From a virus (Duplodnaviria > Caudoviricetes), in IMG/VR virus record IMGVR_UViG_3300035491_000246, positions 1 to 33,347 of that record: DNA of 33,347 bases. One strand, given 5' to 3'. This document shows, one piece after another, positions 15,346-23,444 of the stretch. Below the pieces are notes generated by a model, which saw only the letters and a list, made by a program, of their open reading frames with translations, made no database searches and had not been told where the DNA came from. A program made the position numbers and the translations under genes. Each line of letters opens with the position of its first letter. Position 1 is the stretch's first letter.

Positions 15346-16580
15346 TTCTGGATCAGCTGCTCGGGCAGCGCTCCATCGAAAACCCGGACACCCCGCTCAC
15401 CGGTCAGAACCTGCAGGATTACCTGGAACCGGCTGAGGCCATTAACGTCAGCCAGCAAAGCGCGCTCACCCTCAGCGCCGTGTACTCCTGCATCTATGTG
15501 CTGTCGTCCTCGCTGGCCCAGCTGCCGCTGCACGTCATGCGCCGGCAGGGCAACAACATCGAGGCCGCCAAAGACCACCCGGCCTATTGGCTGCTGCACG
15601 ACGAGCCCAACCCCTGGCAGACCAGCTACAAATGGCGGGAGACCCTGCAGGGGCAGGTGCTGGGCTGGGGCAACGGCTACACCGAAGTGGTGCGCAGCCC
15701 CCGCGGCGAGCTGCGGGAGCTGGTCAGTCACAAGCCCTGGAGCAGCCAGCTGGTGCAAAACGGCAACCGCTGGGTGTATGCCACCCTCGACGACACCGGC
15801 CAGCCCCGGGCGGTAGCACTGGACGACATGATCCACGTGCGCGCCCTGGGCAGTGACGGTCGCACCGGCATCAGCCCCATTCGCCAGCATGCCGAAACCA
15901 TCGGCCTGGGCCTGGCCGCCCAGCGCTACGGCAAGGAGTTTTTCACCGGCGGCGGCCGGCCCACCGGTCTGGTCACCGTAAAAAACCAGCTGGAAAAGGC
16001 CAGCTGGGAGCGACTGAAAACCGCCTGGAACAGCGCCGTCGGCCGGCTCAAGGCCAGCGAAAACAAAACCCTGATGCTGCCGGCGGATCTGGATTACAAG
16101 TCCATTACCGTGCCGCCGGAAGACGCCCAGTTTCTGGAAACCCGCAAGCTCAACCGCAGCGAAATTGCCGGCATCTTCAACGTGCCGGCGCACATGATCA
16201 ACGACCTGGACAAGGCCACCTTCTCCAACATCAGCGAGCAGGCCATTCAGTTTGTTCGCCACACCATGATGCCCTGGGTAGTGAACTGGGAGCAGGAGCT
16301 GAATCGGCGCATCTTCACCCGGGCCGAGCGGGCGGCGGGCTACTACGTCAAGTTCAACCTGGCCGGACTGCTGCGCGGCACCGCCAAGGAGCGCGCCGAG
16401 TTCTATCACTACGCCATCACCGACGGCTGGATGGATCGCAACGAAGTGCGCGCATTGGAGGACATGAACCCCCGCGACGGCCTGAGCGAAATGCTGGTGA
16501 GCGTCAACGCTCGCACCCTCAGCGAGCTGAGCCAGCCCGACCCTAATAACCCGGACAACCCCGAAGAGGTGACCCCATGA
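15342..16580 (+). CDS. Portal protein, HK97 family
   Basis: AVYSCI, PNPWQT, GNGY, DAQFLETRK, IAGIFNVP, FSNISEQ, NEVRALE. Confidence 0.96.
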   Translation: MILDQLLGQRSIENPDTPLTGQNLQDYLEPAEAINVSQQSALTLSAVYSCIYVLSSSLAQLPLHVMRRQGNNIEAAKDHPAYWLLHDEPNPWQTSYKWRETLQGQVLGWGNGYTEVVRSPRGELRELVSHKPWSSQLVQNGNRWVYATLDDTGQPRAVALDDMIHVRALGSDGRTGISPIRQHAETIGLGLAAQRYGKEFFTGGGRPTGLVTVKNQLEKASWERLKTAWNSAVGRLKASENKTLMLPADLDYKSITVPPEDAQFLETRKLNRSEIAGIFNVPAHMINDLDKATFSNISEQAIQFVRHTMMPWVVNWEQELNRRIFTRAERAAGYYVKFNLAGLLRGTAKERAEFYHYAITDGWMDRNEVRALEDMNPRDGLSEMLVSVNARTLSELSQPDPNNPDNPEEVTP

Positions 16581-17179
16581 TTGACATTGAAAAACGCGGC
16601 CTGCTCTGCGAAGTGCGGGCCGTGGCAGGTGACGAGGGTCAGCCCGCGCGTATCGTTGGCCACGGGGCCATGTTCAACAAGCGCAGCGACCTGATCGCCG
16701 GCCTGTTTGTGGAAGAGATTGCCCCGGGCGCCTTTGACGACGTGCTGGGCGACGACGTGCGCGGGCTGTTTAACCACGATCCCAACTTTGTGCTGGGGCG
16801 CACCCGCTCCGGCACCCTGGCGCTGTCGGTGGATGCCGATGGCCTGCGCTACGAAATCGACCCGCCCGACACCCAGACCGTACGTGACCTGGTGCTGGCG
16901 CCGCTGGCCCGGGGAGACATCACCGGCAGCAGCTTTGCCTTTCGCGTGGCGCCGGACGGCGACGAATGGCGCGAAGACGACAACGGCCTGATCGTGCGCA
17001 CCATTCACAAATTCAGCCGGCTGCTGGATGTGTCTCCCGTGACCTATCCGGCTTACCCGGATGCGAGTGCTGCCAAGCGCTCTTACGAAGCCCGCTGTTC
17101 CGAGCTGCAAGGCCTGGCCCAGCGAGCCATTAACGAACGCCGCGCCCGCGAGCGTTTTTTAGAAATGATCCATGCATAA
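16577..17179 (+). CDS. Prohead protease, HK97 family
   Basis: EEIAPGAF, LFNHD, GRTRSGTL, SSFAF, DVSPVTYPAY. Confidence 0.96.
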   Translation: MIDIEKRGLLCEVRAVAGDEGQPARIVGHGAMFNKRSDLIAGLFVEEIAPGAFDDVLGDDVRGLFNHDPNFVLGRTRSGTLALSVDADGLRYEIDPPDTQTVRDLVLAPLARGDITGSSFAFRVAPDGDEWREDDNGLIVRTIHKFSRLLDVSPVTYPAYPDASAAKRSYEARCSELQGLAQRAINERRARERFLEMIHA

Positions 17180-17194
17180 GCCCCGGAGGGCCCC

Positions 17195-18421
17195 ATGAAA
17201 CTTCACGAACTGAAGCAGAAGTACACCAACATCGCCAAGGACATGCGGGCGCTGAACGAACAGATCGGCGACAACGCCTGGACCGACGAGCAGCGCACCC
17301 AGTGGAAAGCCATGAAGCACGAGCTCGATGGCCTGAAAGACAAGATCGAGCGCGAAGAAGAGCTGCGCAGTGCGGACCAGCGCTTTGTGGAAGAGCAGGG
17401 CGACGAGCTGCGCAGCAAGGCCGGCGAGGAAGAGCGCGGCGGCGAGATCACCAACGACCAACGCGCCGGCGTATTTAACGCCTTCCTGCGCCATGGCCTG
17501 GCCGACATGAGCGCCGAGCAGCGCCAGTTGCTGCGAGAGATGCGTGCCCAGGGCACCGCCCCGGACGAAAAGGGTGGCTACACCGTGCCCACCGACATGC
17601 TCAACATGGTGTACGAGAGCATGAAGGACTACGGCGGCATTGCCGGCATCGCCAACATCCTGAGCACCGATAAGGGCAACACCATCGAGTGGCCCACCTC
17701 CGACGGCACCGCCGAAGAAGGCGCACTGATCGGCGAGAACGTGGCCGCCGGTGAACAGGACGTGGAATTCGGTATGACCAACCTGGGCGCGAAAAAGCTC
17801 ACCTCCAAGGTGATCCGCGTGTCCAACGAGCTGCTGAACGACTCCGGCATTGATGTGGCCGCCTTCCTTGCCGGTCGCATCGGCTCGCGCATTGGCCGCG
17901 CCGAAGCTCGCCTGCTGGTGCAAGGCACCGGTGCCGGCACCCCGCTGCAGCCCAAAGGTCTGGAGGCCTCGGTTACCGGCGCTACCAACACCGCCTCCGC
18001 TACCGCCTTCACCTGGAAGGAAGTGGCCAAGCTGATCCACAGCATCGACCCGGCCTACCGCCGCGCCCCCGGCTTCCGCCTGGCATTTAACGATGCCACC
18101 CTGCTGGCGCTGACCGAAATGGAGGATAACCAGGGCCGCCCGCTGTGGTTGCCCGCCGTCACCGGTGCCGCCCCGGCCACCGTACTGGGCCAGCAGTACA
18201 CCATCGACCAGGCCATCGCCGACATTGCCGCCAGTGCCAAGTTCATGTACGCCGGCGACTTTAAGCAGTTCATTGTGCGCCGGGTGCGTTACATGGTGCT
18301 CAAGCGCCTGGTGGAGCGTTACGCCGAATACGACCAGACCGGCTTCCTGGCGTTCCACCGCTTCGACTGCCTGCTGCAGGACACCGCCGCCATCAAGGCG
18401 CTGGTGGGCAAGCCGGTTTAA
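17195..18421 (+). CDS. Major capsid protein, HK97 fold with N-terminal delta domain
   Basis: Coiled-coil N-terminus, GGYTVP, VSNELLNDS, GTG...PKG, GDF, RFD. Confidence 0.96.
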   Translation: MKLHELKQKYTNIAKDMRALNEQIGDNAWTDEQRTQWKAMKHELDGLKDKIEREEELRSADQRFVEEQGDELRSKAGEEERGGEITNDQRAGVFNAFLRHGLADMSAEQRQLLREMRAQGTAPDEKGGYTVPTDMLNMVYESMKDYGGIAGIANILSTDKGNTIEWPTSDGTAEEGALIGENVAAGEQDVEFGMTNLGAKKLTSKVIRVSNELLNDSGIDVAAFLAGRIGSRIGRAEARLLVQGTGAGTPLQPKGLEASVTGATNTASATAFTWKEVAKLIHSIDPAYRRAPGFRLAFNDATLLALTEMEDNQGRPLWLPAVTGAAPATVLGQQYTIDQAIADIAASAKFMYAGDFKQFIVRRVRYMVLKRLVERYAEYDQTGFLAFHRFDCLLQDTAAIKALVGKPV

Positions 18422-18457
18422 GTCACCCGGGCCGCTAACGCGGCCCCTCTATTTGAG

Positions 18458-18805
18458 GTGAACATGCTGGAACTGGACATTATCAAGGTTCACTGCCGCA
18501 TTGAGCCGGACTTCATCGACGATGACGCCCTGCTCGACACCTACGCCAACGCCGCCCGCCGGCTGGTGGAAACCCACACCGGCCGCACCCTGTACGCCAC
18601 CCTGGCGGAAGTGCCGAAGGACGGTGAGGGCAATGTCGCCGACGAGCATTACCTGCTGCTGGATGATGCCGTCACCACAGCCATGTTGCTGCTGATTGGT
18701 CACTGGTACGAAAACCGCGAAGCCGCGGTGATTGGTGCCACTGCTACCGACCTGCCGCTGGCGGTGGATGCGCTGATCATCCCGTACCGTCATTACCACT
18801 TCTGA
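18458..18805 (+). CDS. Head-tail connector (gp6-like)
   Basis: HCRIE...DDALL; AMLLLIGHWYENREA. Confidence 0.92.
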   Translation: MNMLELDIIKVHCRIEPDFIDDDALLDTYANAARRLVETHTGRTLYATLAEVPKDGEGNVADEHYLLLDDAVTTAMLLLIGHWYENREAAVIGATATDLPLAVDALIIPYRHYHF

Positions 18806-18812
18806 GGCCACC

Positions 18813-19148
18813 ATGAGAGCAGGCAAACTCCGCCACCGGGTCACCCTGCAGCAGCCCGGCCACAGCCAGGATCCGCAAACCGGCGAAATGCTGCCGGGCT
18901 GGCAGAACGTGGCCACCCTGTGGGCGTCGGTCGAGCCGCTCAGTGCCAGGGAGTTTATCGCCGCCCAGGCCGGCCAGTCGGAGATCACCGCCCGGGTGAC
19001 CATCCGTTACCGCCCGGGGATTGATGCCACCATGCGCATCCTGCATCGGGGCCAGGTGTACAACATCCATGGCCCGCTGCCGGATCCTGAATCCGGCCGG
19101 CACTACCTGACCCTGCCCGTGTCCATGGGGGTGAATGATGGCGGATGA
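18813..19148 (+). CDS. Head closure protein
   Basis: MRAGKLRHRVTLQ; WASVEPLSARE; IRYRPGI. Confidence 0.92.
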   Translation: MRAGKLRHRVTLQQPGHSQDPQTGEMLPGWQNVATLWASVEPLSAREFIAAQAGQSEITARVTIRYRPGIDATMRILHRGQVYNIHGPLPDPESGRHYLTLPVSMGVNDGG

Positions 19149-19623
19149 CCTGCAGTTCAGCCTGATAGGGCTGGCAGAGCTGGAAGCCAAGCTGAAGGAA
19201 GTGAGCGACGACGTGCGCTACAAGGGTGGTCGCTTTGCCTTGCGCAAGGCCGCCGAGGTCATCCGCGACAAGGCCAAGGCCGGCGCCGAACGGGTGGACG
19301 ATCCCAAGTCGCCCGAACGCATCGCCGACAACATCGTTACCCGCTTCAGCCGCCGGCGTTTTCAACGCACCAGCGATCTGATGTTTCGGGTGGGGGTGAT
19401 GGGTACCGCCAACCCGCGCAACGCCGAAAAAACCACGGGGCTGCCGGGTGGCGCAACCCAGCACTGGCGCATGCTCGAGTTCGGCACCGAGCGCATGCCG
19501 GCGCAACCCTTTATGCGCTCTGCCCTGGCCGACAACATCAGCGAGGCTATCGGCGAGTTTATGACCCAATACGACAAGGCGCTGGCGCGGGCCATCCGCC
19601 GGGCATCAAGGGGATCGTCATGA
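19138..19623 (+). CDS. HK97 gp10-family tail completion protein
   Basis: GLAELEAKL; LEFGTERMPAQPFMR. Confidence 0.9.
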   Translation: MADDLQFSLIGLAELEAKLKEVSDDVRYKGGRFALRKAAEVIRDKAKAGAERVDDPKSPERIADNIVTRFSRRRFQRTSDLMFRVGVMGTANPRNAEKTTGLPGGATQHWRMLEFGTERMPAQPFMRSALADNISEAIGEFMTQYDKALARAIRRASRGSS

Positions 19624-19838
19624 TTTACACCACTGAGAATACATCAGCTATCGGAAAGCCCGCGCGCGTTTTTGTTAATGGACGGCTGGCGCGTCGAGTC
19701 GTGATGGCGGACACCAGACGTGGTGTTATCGAGTATATAGCTGCCGATCCGCGCACTGGTTCACCGCGATTAAATCGCCATCGTAACGGCGTCGTGACTA
19801 AGCGGCGGAGAGGTCGGGTAACTGTGGAGTTTGATTAA
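19620..19838 (+). CDS. Small basic hypothetical protein inserted in the neck operon
   Basis: 72 aa; ATGA and TAATG overlaps with neighbours; codon usage differs from flanks. Confidence 0.65.
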   Translation: MIYTTENTSAIGKPARVFVNGRLARRVVMADTRRGVIEYIAADPRTGSPRLNRHRNGVVTKRRRGRVTVEFD

Positions 19839-20203
19839 TGTTCCCCCCCATCTTTACCGTGTGCGCCGCCGATCCGGCGGTGACCGCCCTGCTGGGCGCC
19901 GCCCCGGTGCGACTGTACCCATTCGGAGAAGCACCCCAGGATACGGTGTATCCCTACGCCACCTGGCAGATCATCACCGGCAGCCCGGATAACTACCTGG
20001 CGGGCCGGCCGGATGCCGACGGCTACACCCTGCAGGTGGACGTCTATGCTGGCACCGGCAGCGCCGCCCGGGCGGTAACAAAGGCCCTGCGTGATGCCAT
20101 TGAGCCCCACGCCTATATCACCCGCTGGGGCGGTGAGGGGCGCGACCCCGAGACCAAGGCATACCGTCGAAGCTTCGACATCGACTGGATAACTCTACGA
20201 TAG
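19838..20203 (+). CDS. Tail terminator (DUF3168-like)
   Basis: RLYPFGEAPQ..YPYATWQ; LQVDVY. Confidence 0.85.
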   Translation: MFPPIFTVCAADPAVTALLGAAPVRLYPFGEAPQDTVYPYATWQIITGSPDNYLAGRPDADGYTLQVDVYAGTGSAARAVTKALRDAIEPHAYITRWGGEGRDPETKAYRRSFDIDWITLR

Positions 20204-20260
20204 CAACATTGGCCCGCCCCGAGCGGGCTTTTTATTACCCAACCCCGAGAGGGCTAAGCA

Positions 20261-20740
20261 ATGAGCAAACTGACCCAAGGCACCCAGGTCTACTTTCTGG
20301 ATCCGGACACCGACCAGGTAGTGGAGGTGGAATGTGTCACCGCCTTTAACCCCGGCGGTGCGCCGGCCGATCAAATCGAGGACAACTGTCTCAAGGCCAC
20401 CATCCGCAAATACAAAAAAGGCCTGCGCACCCCCGGCCAGGCGTCGCTCACCGTGAACGCAGACCCTGAGCTGGCCAGCCATGTGCGGCTGCACGAGCTG
20501 AGCCAGGAAGACGACGACCGCAACATTCAGTGGGCGGTGGGCTGGAGTGATGGCGTAGACATCCCGCCCACCGTGGCGGTAGGCGGTGGTCTGGAGCTGC
20601 CCACCACCCGCACCTGGTACACCTTTGAAGGCTACGTCTCTGATTTTCCGTTCGACTTCGCCGGCAACGCCCTGGTGGCTACTGCCGCCACCATTCAGCG
20701 CTCTGGCAAGGGCACCTGGACCAAGAAGGTAATTGTATGA
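20261..20740 (+). CDS. Major tail tube protein
   Basis: [40 protein letters not shown]. Confidence 0.9.
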   Translation: MSKLTQGTQVYFLDPDTDQVVEVECVTAFNPGGAPADQIEDNCLKATIRKYKKGLRTPGQASLTVNADPELASHVRLHELSQEDDDRNIQWAVGWSDGVDIPPTVAVGGGLELPTTRTWYTFEGYVSDFPFDFAGNALVATAATIQRSGKGTWTKKVIV

Positions 20741-21087
20741 ACCTGAGCATAGAAACCCTGAAGGCCATGGGCGCTTTTACCGGTGCCCCGGTGGAAAAAG
20801 AAATCACCTGGAAGCAGGGCGAGCAGGAGCTGACTGCCACCGTGCACGTGCTGCCGTTTTCCTACCGCACAGCGGTAAGCGACTTTGCCGCCCACCACCA
20901 GAAGACCGACGCCGTGGCCGGCCGCATTGCCGCCAGCATCTGCGATGCCGACGGCAAGCCGGTGTTTACCGCCGCCGACATTACCGGCGAAGCCGACCCC
21001 GAGCGCGGTGCCCTGGACGGCAATTTAACGGTTGCCCTGCTGGCCGCCATCGCCGAGGTCAACCAGGTGGGAAAGACGGCGAGCTAA
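20737..21087 (+). CDS. Tail assembly chaperone (G-like)
   Basis: Position after the tube gene; slippery site near its end. Confidence 0.88.
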   Translation: MNLSIETLKAMGAFTGAPVEKEITWKQGEQELTATVHVLPFSYRTAVSDFAAHHQKTDAVAGRIAASICDADGKPVFTAADITGEADPERGALDGNLTVALLAAIAEVNQVGKTAS

Positions 21088-21377
21088 CCGAAACCGATGA
21101 GCTGTGGCACGAGCTGGTGCTGAACGGGGTAGGGGGCTGCACCATTGCCGAAGCGCAGGAGCGGATCACCTATCCCGAGTTCATTGCCTGGGCCCGGTAC
21201 CGCGCCAAGCGGGGCAGCCTGCACCCGGGCCTGCGCATTGAGCGCAGCACTGCCCTGCTGGCCTCCATGTATGCCAATGCCCACAGCAAGCACGGCGGTT
21301 ACGGTTGGCACGACTTCGCCCCCTATCACGACGAGCCGGAAGTCTCGCTCGATGATGCCATGGATACGTGGCACTGA
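21069..21377 (+). CDS. -1 frameshift extension of the tail chaperone (G-T), slippery site GGGAAAG at 21069-21075
   Basis: G GGA AAG is the lambda G/T slippery heptamer; the -1 frame stays open to 21377 (WHELVLNGVGG..IAEA...). Confidence 0.88.
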   Translation, partial: GKDGELTETDELWHELVLNGVGGCTIAEAQERITYPEFIAWARYRAKRGSLHPGLRIERSTALLASMYANAHSKHGGYGWHDFAPYHDEPEVSLDDAMDTWH

Positions 21378-21446
21378 GTTATAAACCCCCTCGTTTGAAG
21401 GAGGGGGGGTTATCAAAAACAGGCGAAAAAAGGCTTTACACTGGGG

Positions 21447-21674
21447 CTACTTGTCTTCCTCAAGGTGCTTGATGGCCTCGGTAATGGCTTTTAGGAGCTT
21501 ATCGCGGGTCAGGTTGGAAGGAGGCATGCCGGCGTCTTCGGCTTCGATGGACTGCTGTAGGCGATAAACAATTTCGGCCGTAAGAGTTCGGTTTGCTTTT
21601 GCTGCTCGATCCTCCAGATCTTCCTTGAGTTCTGGCGGAATACGAACTCTTAACTGTGGGTATTCTCTGCTCAT
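21447..21674 (-). CDS. Arc/Mnt-family ribbon-helix-helix repressor (mnt-like)
   Basis: PQLRVRIPPELK...A..NRTLTAEIVYRL. Confidence 0.88.
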   Translation of the reverse strand: MSREYPQLRVRIPPELKEDLEDRAAKANRTLTAEIVYRLQQSIEAEDAGMPPSNLTRDKLLKAITEAIKHLEEDK

Positions 21675-21716
21675 CAGGTGCCTTATAAAACTTTCGTTTG
21701 TCTAGCGGGAGTATGC

Positions 21717-21774
21717 CTCACAGTGCGGCTTGACTTAAATGCTCACCGTGAGTACATTTGGTTCTCACAGTGAG
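21717..21774. promoter_or_regulatory. Three palindromic operators CTCACnGTG(A/C)G and a Pant-like promoter
   Basis: Sites at 21717, 21742 and 21764; TTGACT (21730)-17 bp-TACATT (21753). Confidence 0.8.
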
Positions 21775-21790
21775 TATTTGAGGTTTGCTT

Positions 21791-21955
21791 ATGAAAGGAA
21801 CGAGACGGGATCCACAGCTTAGGGCGAGACTGCCACAGGATTTGATGGATTACTTAAAAGAAGAAGCGGAGAAGAATCTTCGTTCAGTGACTGCCGAGAT
21901 CACGCTCCGGTTGATGCAGAGCAGGGAACAGCAGGAGAGGATGGAAAAAGCATGA
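21791..21955 (+). CDS. Arc-family RHH repressor (54 aa; not in ORF track)
   Basis: SD GAGG; MKGTRRDPQLRARLPQDLMDYLKEEAEKNLRSVTAEITLRL, closely patterned on P22 Arc. Confidence 0.88.
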   Translation: MKGTRRDPQLRARLPQDLMDYLKEEAEKNLRSVTAEITLRLMQSREQQERMEKA

Positions 21956-21961
21956 AACCCA

Positions 21962-22034
21962 GAAACGAAAAAGCCCCAGCGACTGCCATCGCTGAGGCCC
22001 AGATGTCAAACCAACCGTCTAAGAAAGGTGACAA
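21962..22034 (-). ncRNA. Putative sar-like antisense RNA
   Basis: Arc-ant intergenic double hairpin; minus-strand TGGCAC-17-TAGTAT (22068-22040); T-run after the hairpin on the minus strand. Confidence 0.55.
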
Positions 22035-22035
22035 T

Positions 22036-22884
22036 ATGAATACTACTACACCCGCGATCACTGTGCCATTCCATGGAGCGAATTTGGCGCTGGTTGAGTA
22101 CAACGGCCAGCCCTACACGCCGATGAAGCCCATCGTTGAAGGCATGGGGCTAGCATGGAAGCCTCAGTTCGTGAAGCTCCAAGAAGGAGCAGATCGGTTC
22201 GGTGTTACCATAATGGTAATAGCGGCAGCTGGCGCTGTGGCGATGCAAGAGATGCTTTGCATGCCCCTCCGCAAACTTCCCGGCTGGTTGATGTCCATCA
22301 GCCCCAACCGGGTTAAGAGCAAGGTGGTTCGTGAACGGGTGATCCGGTTTCAGTCCGAATGTGACGATGTGCTCTGGGACTACTGGACCAAAGGCGAGGC
22401 GATTAACCCCCGCATCAGCACCAAGGCGGATCGCACCCCGCTGAAAAACGCGGTGAATATGCTGGTAGGCAAAACCAGCAGCCTTAACTACACCGATGCC
22501 TACCGGCTTGTGCATCATCGGTTTGGCGTGGACAGCGTGGAAGAACTCACCACCGAGCAAATCCCCCAGGCGGTGGAGTATGTGCACAAGATCATGATGG
22601 AGGGCGAGCTGCTGGGGCCGGAGTCGCAACAGCCGTCCATTCCCAGCGTTGAGCTGGCGGGCATGGCAGACCTGCCGCCGGGCCGCTATCTGGTCTATCC
22701 GGACGAGGGCCGGTTTGCCATCAAGCAGCTGGGGCAGGTGGCCATGGTGCCAATGGATCATGTCGAGGCGTTTCGCCGGGATCTGCGCAGTTATATGCAG
22801 CTGGGCGATGAGCTGCTGTCCCGCATGAGGATACTTTACGGCGAAACCAACCTGGAGCGACTGGCCCAGCCGCTGATCCAGTAA
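22036..22884 (+). CDS. ant: Antirepressor, P22 Ant N-terminal family
   Basis: VPFHG..L..VEYNGQPYTPMKPIVEGMGLAW..QF.KL...LRKLPGWLMSISPN...ECDDVL..YWTKG. Confidence 0.9.
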   Translation: MNTTTPAITVPFHGANLALVEYNGQPYTPMKPIVEGMGLAWKPQFVKLQEGADRFGVTIMVIAAAGAVAMQEMLCMPLRKLPGWLMSISPNRVKSKVVRERVIRFQSECDDVLWDYWTKGEAINPRISTKADRTPLKNAVNMLVGKTSSLNYTDAYRLVHHRFGVDSVEELTTEQIPQAVEYVHKIMMEGELLGPESQQPSIPSVELAGMADLPPGRYLVYPDEGRFAIKQLGQVAMVPMDHVEAFRRDLRSYMQLGDELLSRMRILYGETNLERLAQPLIQ

Positions 22885-22951
22885 CGTCTGAATCCTTGAT
22901 CAAATGTTACCCCCCTGCAAGAATCAGCATTTTTGCAGGGGATAATGAAGG

Positions 22952-23371
22952 ATGAATAAAAAATCTTTGTTGCTGGCCGTTGCCGTTGCCGCCTTGGTTT
23001 CCGGTTGCGTAAGCACACCTAAGAGCACGACGCGCACGCCACAGAAAAAAGAGGTAAAAGAACCTACCAGAGTTCGGGTTCCGCTCACCGCTGAGCAAGA
23101 ATCTGCTGCAAAAGCCGCAGTCAGATCCTCTCTTAAGGATCCCGGCTCGGCTGAGTTTTATGATCTGTATGGGGCCAAAGACCCGAAAGACGAAACCATA
23201 AAGGTAAGCTATTGCGGCCAGGTGAACGCCAAGAACAGTTACGGTGGCTACGTTGGTAGGACTCCATTCATTGTTTTAGGTGACAAAGCATTGCTATGGG
23301 AGCGCCGCCCAAAGTACGGCTACAGTATGAACAACTCACTGATAGACGATATCTGCAAGACAATTAACTAA
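22952..23371 (+). CDS. Lipoprotein moron, function unknown
   Basis: Signal MNKKSLLL...VSGC lipobox; LKDPGSAEF and CGQVNAKNSYGGYVG motifs; AT-richer than flanks. Confidence 0.85.
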   Translation: MNKKSLLLAVAVAALVSGCVSTPKSTTRTPQKKEVKEPTRVRVPLTAEQESAAKAAVRSSLKDPGSAEFYDLYGAKDPKDETIKVSYCGQVNAKNSYGGYVGRTPFIVLGDKALLWERRPKYGYSMNNSLIDDICKTIN

Positions 23372-23401
23372 GTTCAATCTAACAGCAAAATTTTTATTTA
23401 T

Positions 23402-23427
23402 AACCCCGCCATTGAGCGGGGTTTTTT
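23402..23427 (+). terminator. Rho-independent terminator after the moron
   Basis: AACCCCGC-CATTGA-GCGGGGTT-TTTT. Confidence 0.85.
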
Positions 23428-23444
23428 ATTGCCCGGAGAAACCG

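Noticed and set aside
21952-22035. Longer ant start at 21952
   Set aside because: Similarity to P22 Ant begins at MNTTT (22036), which has an SD; the extension is the structured sar-like leader.
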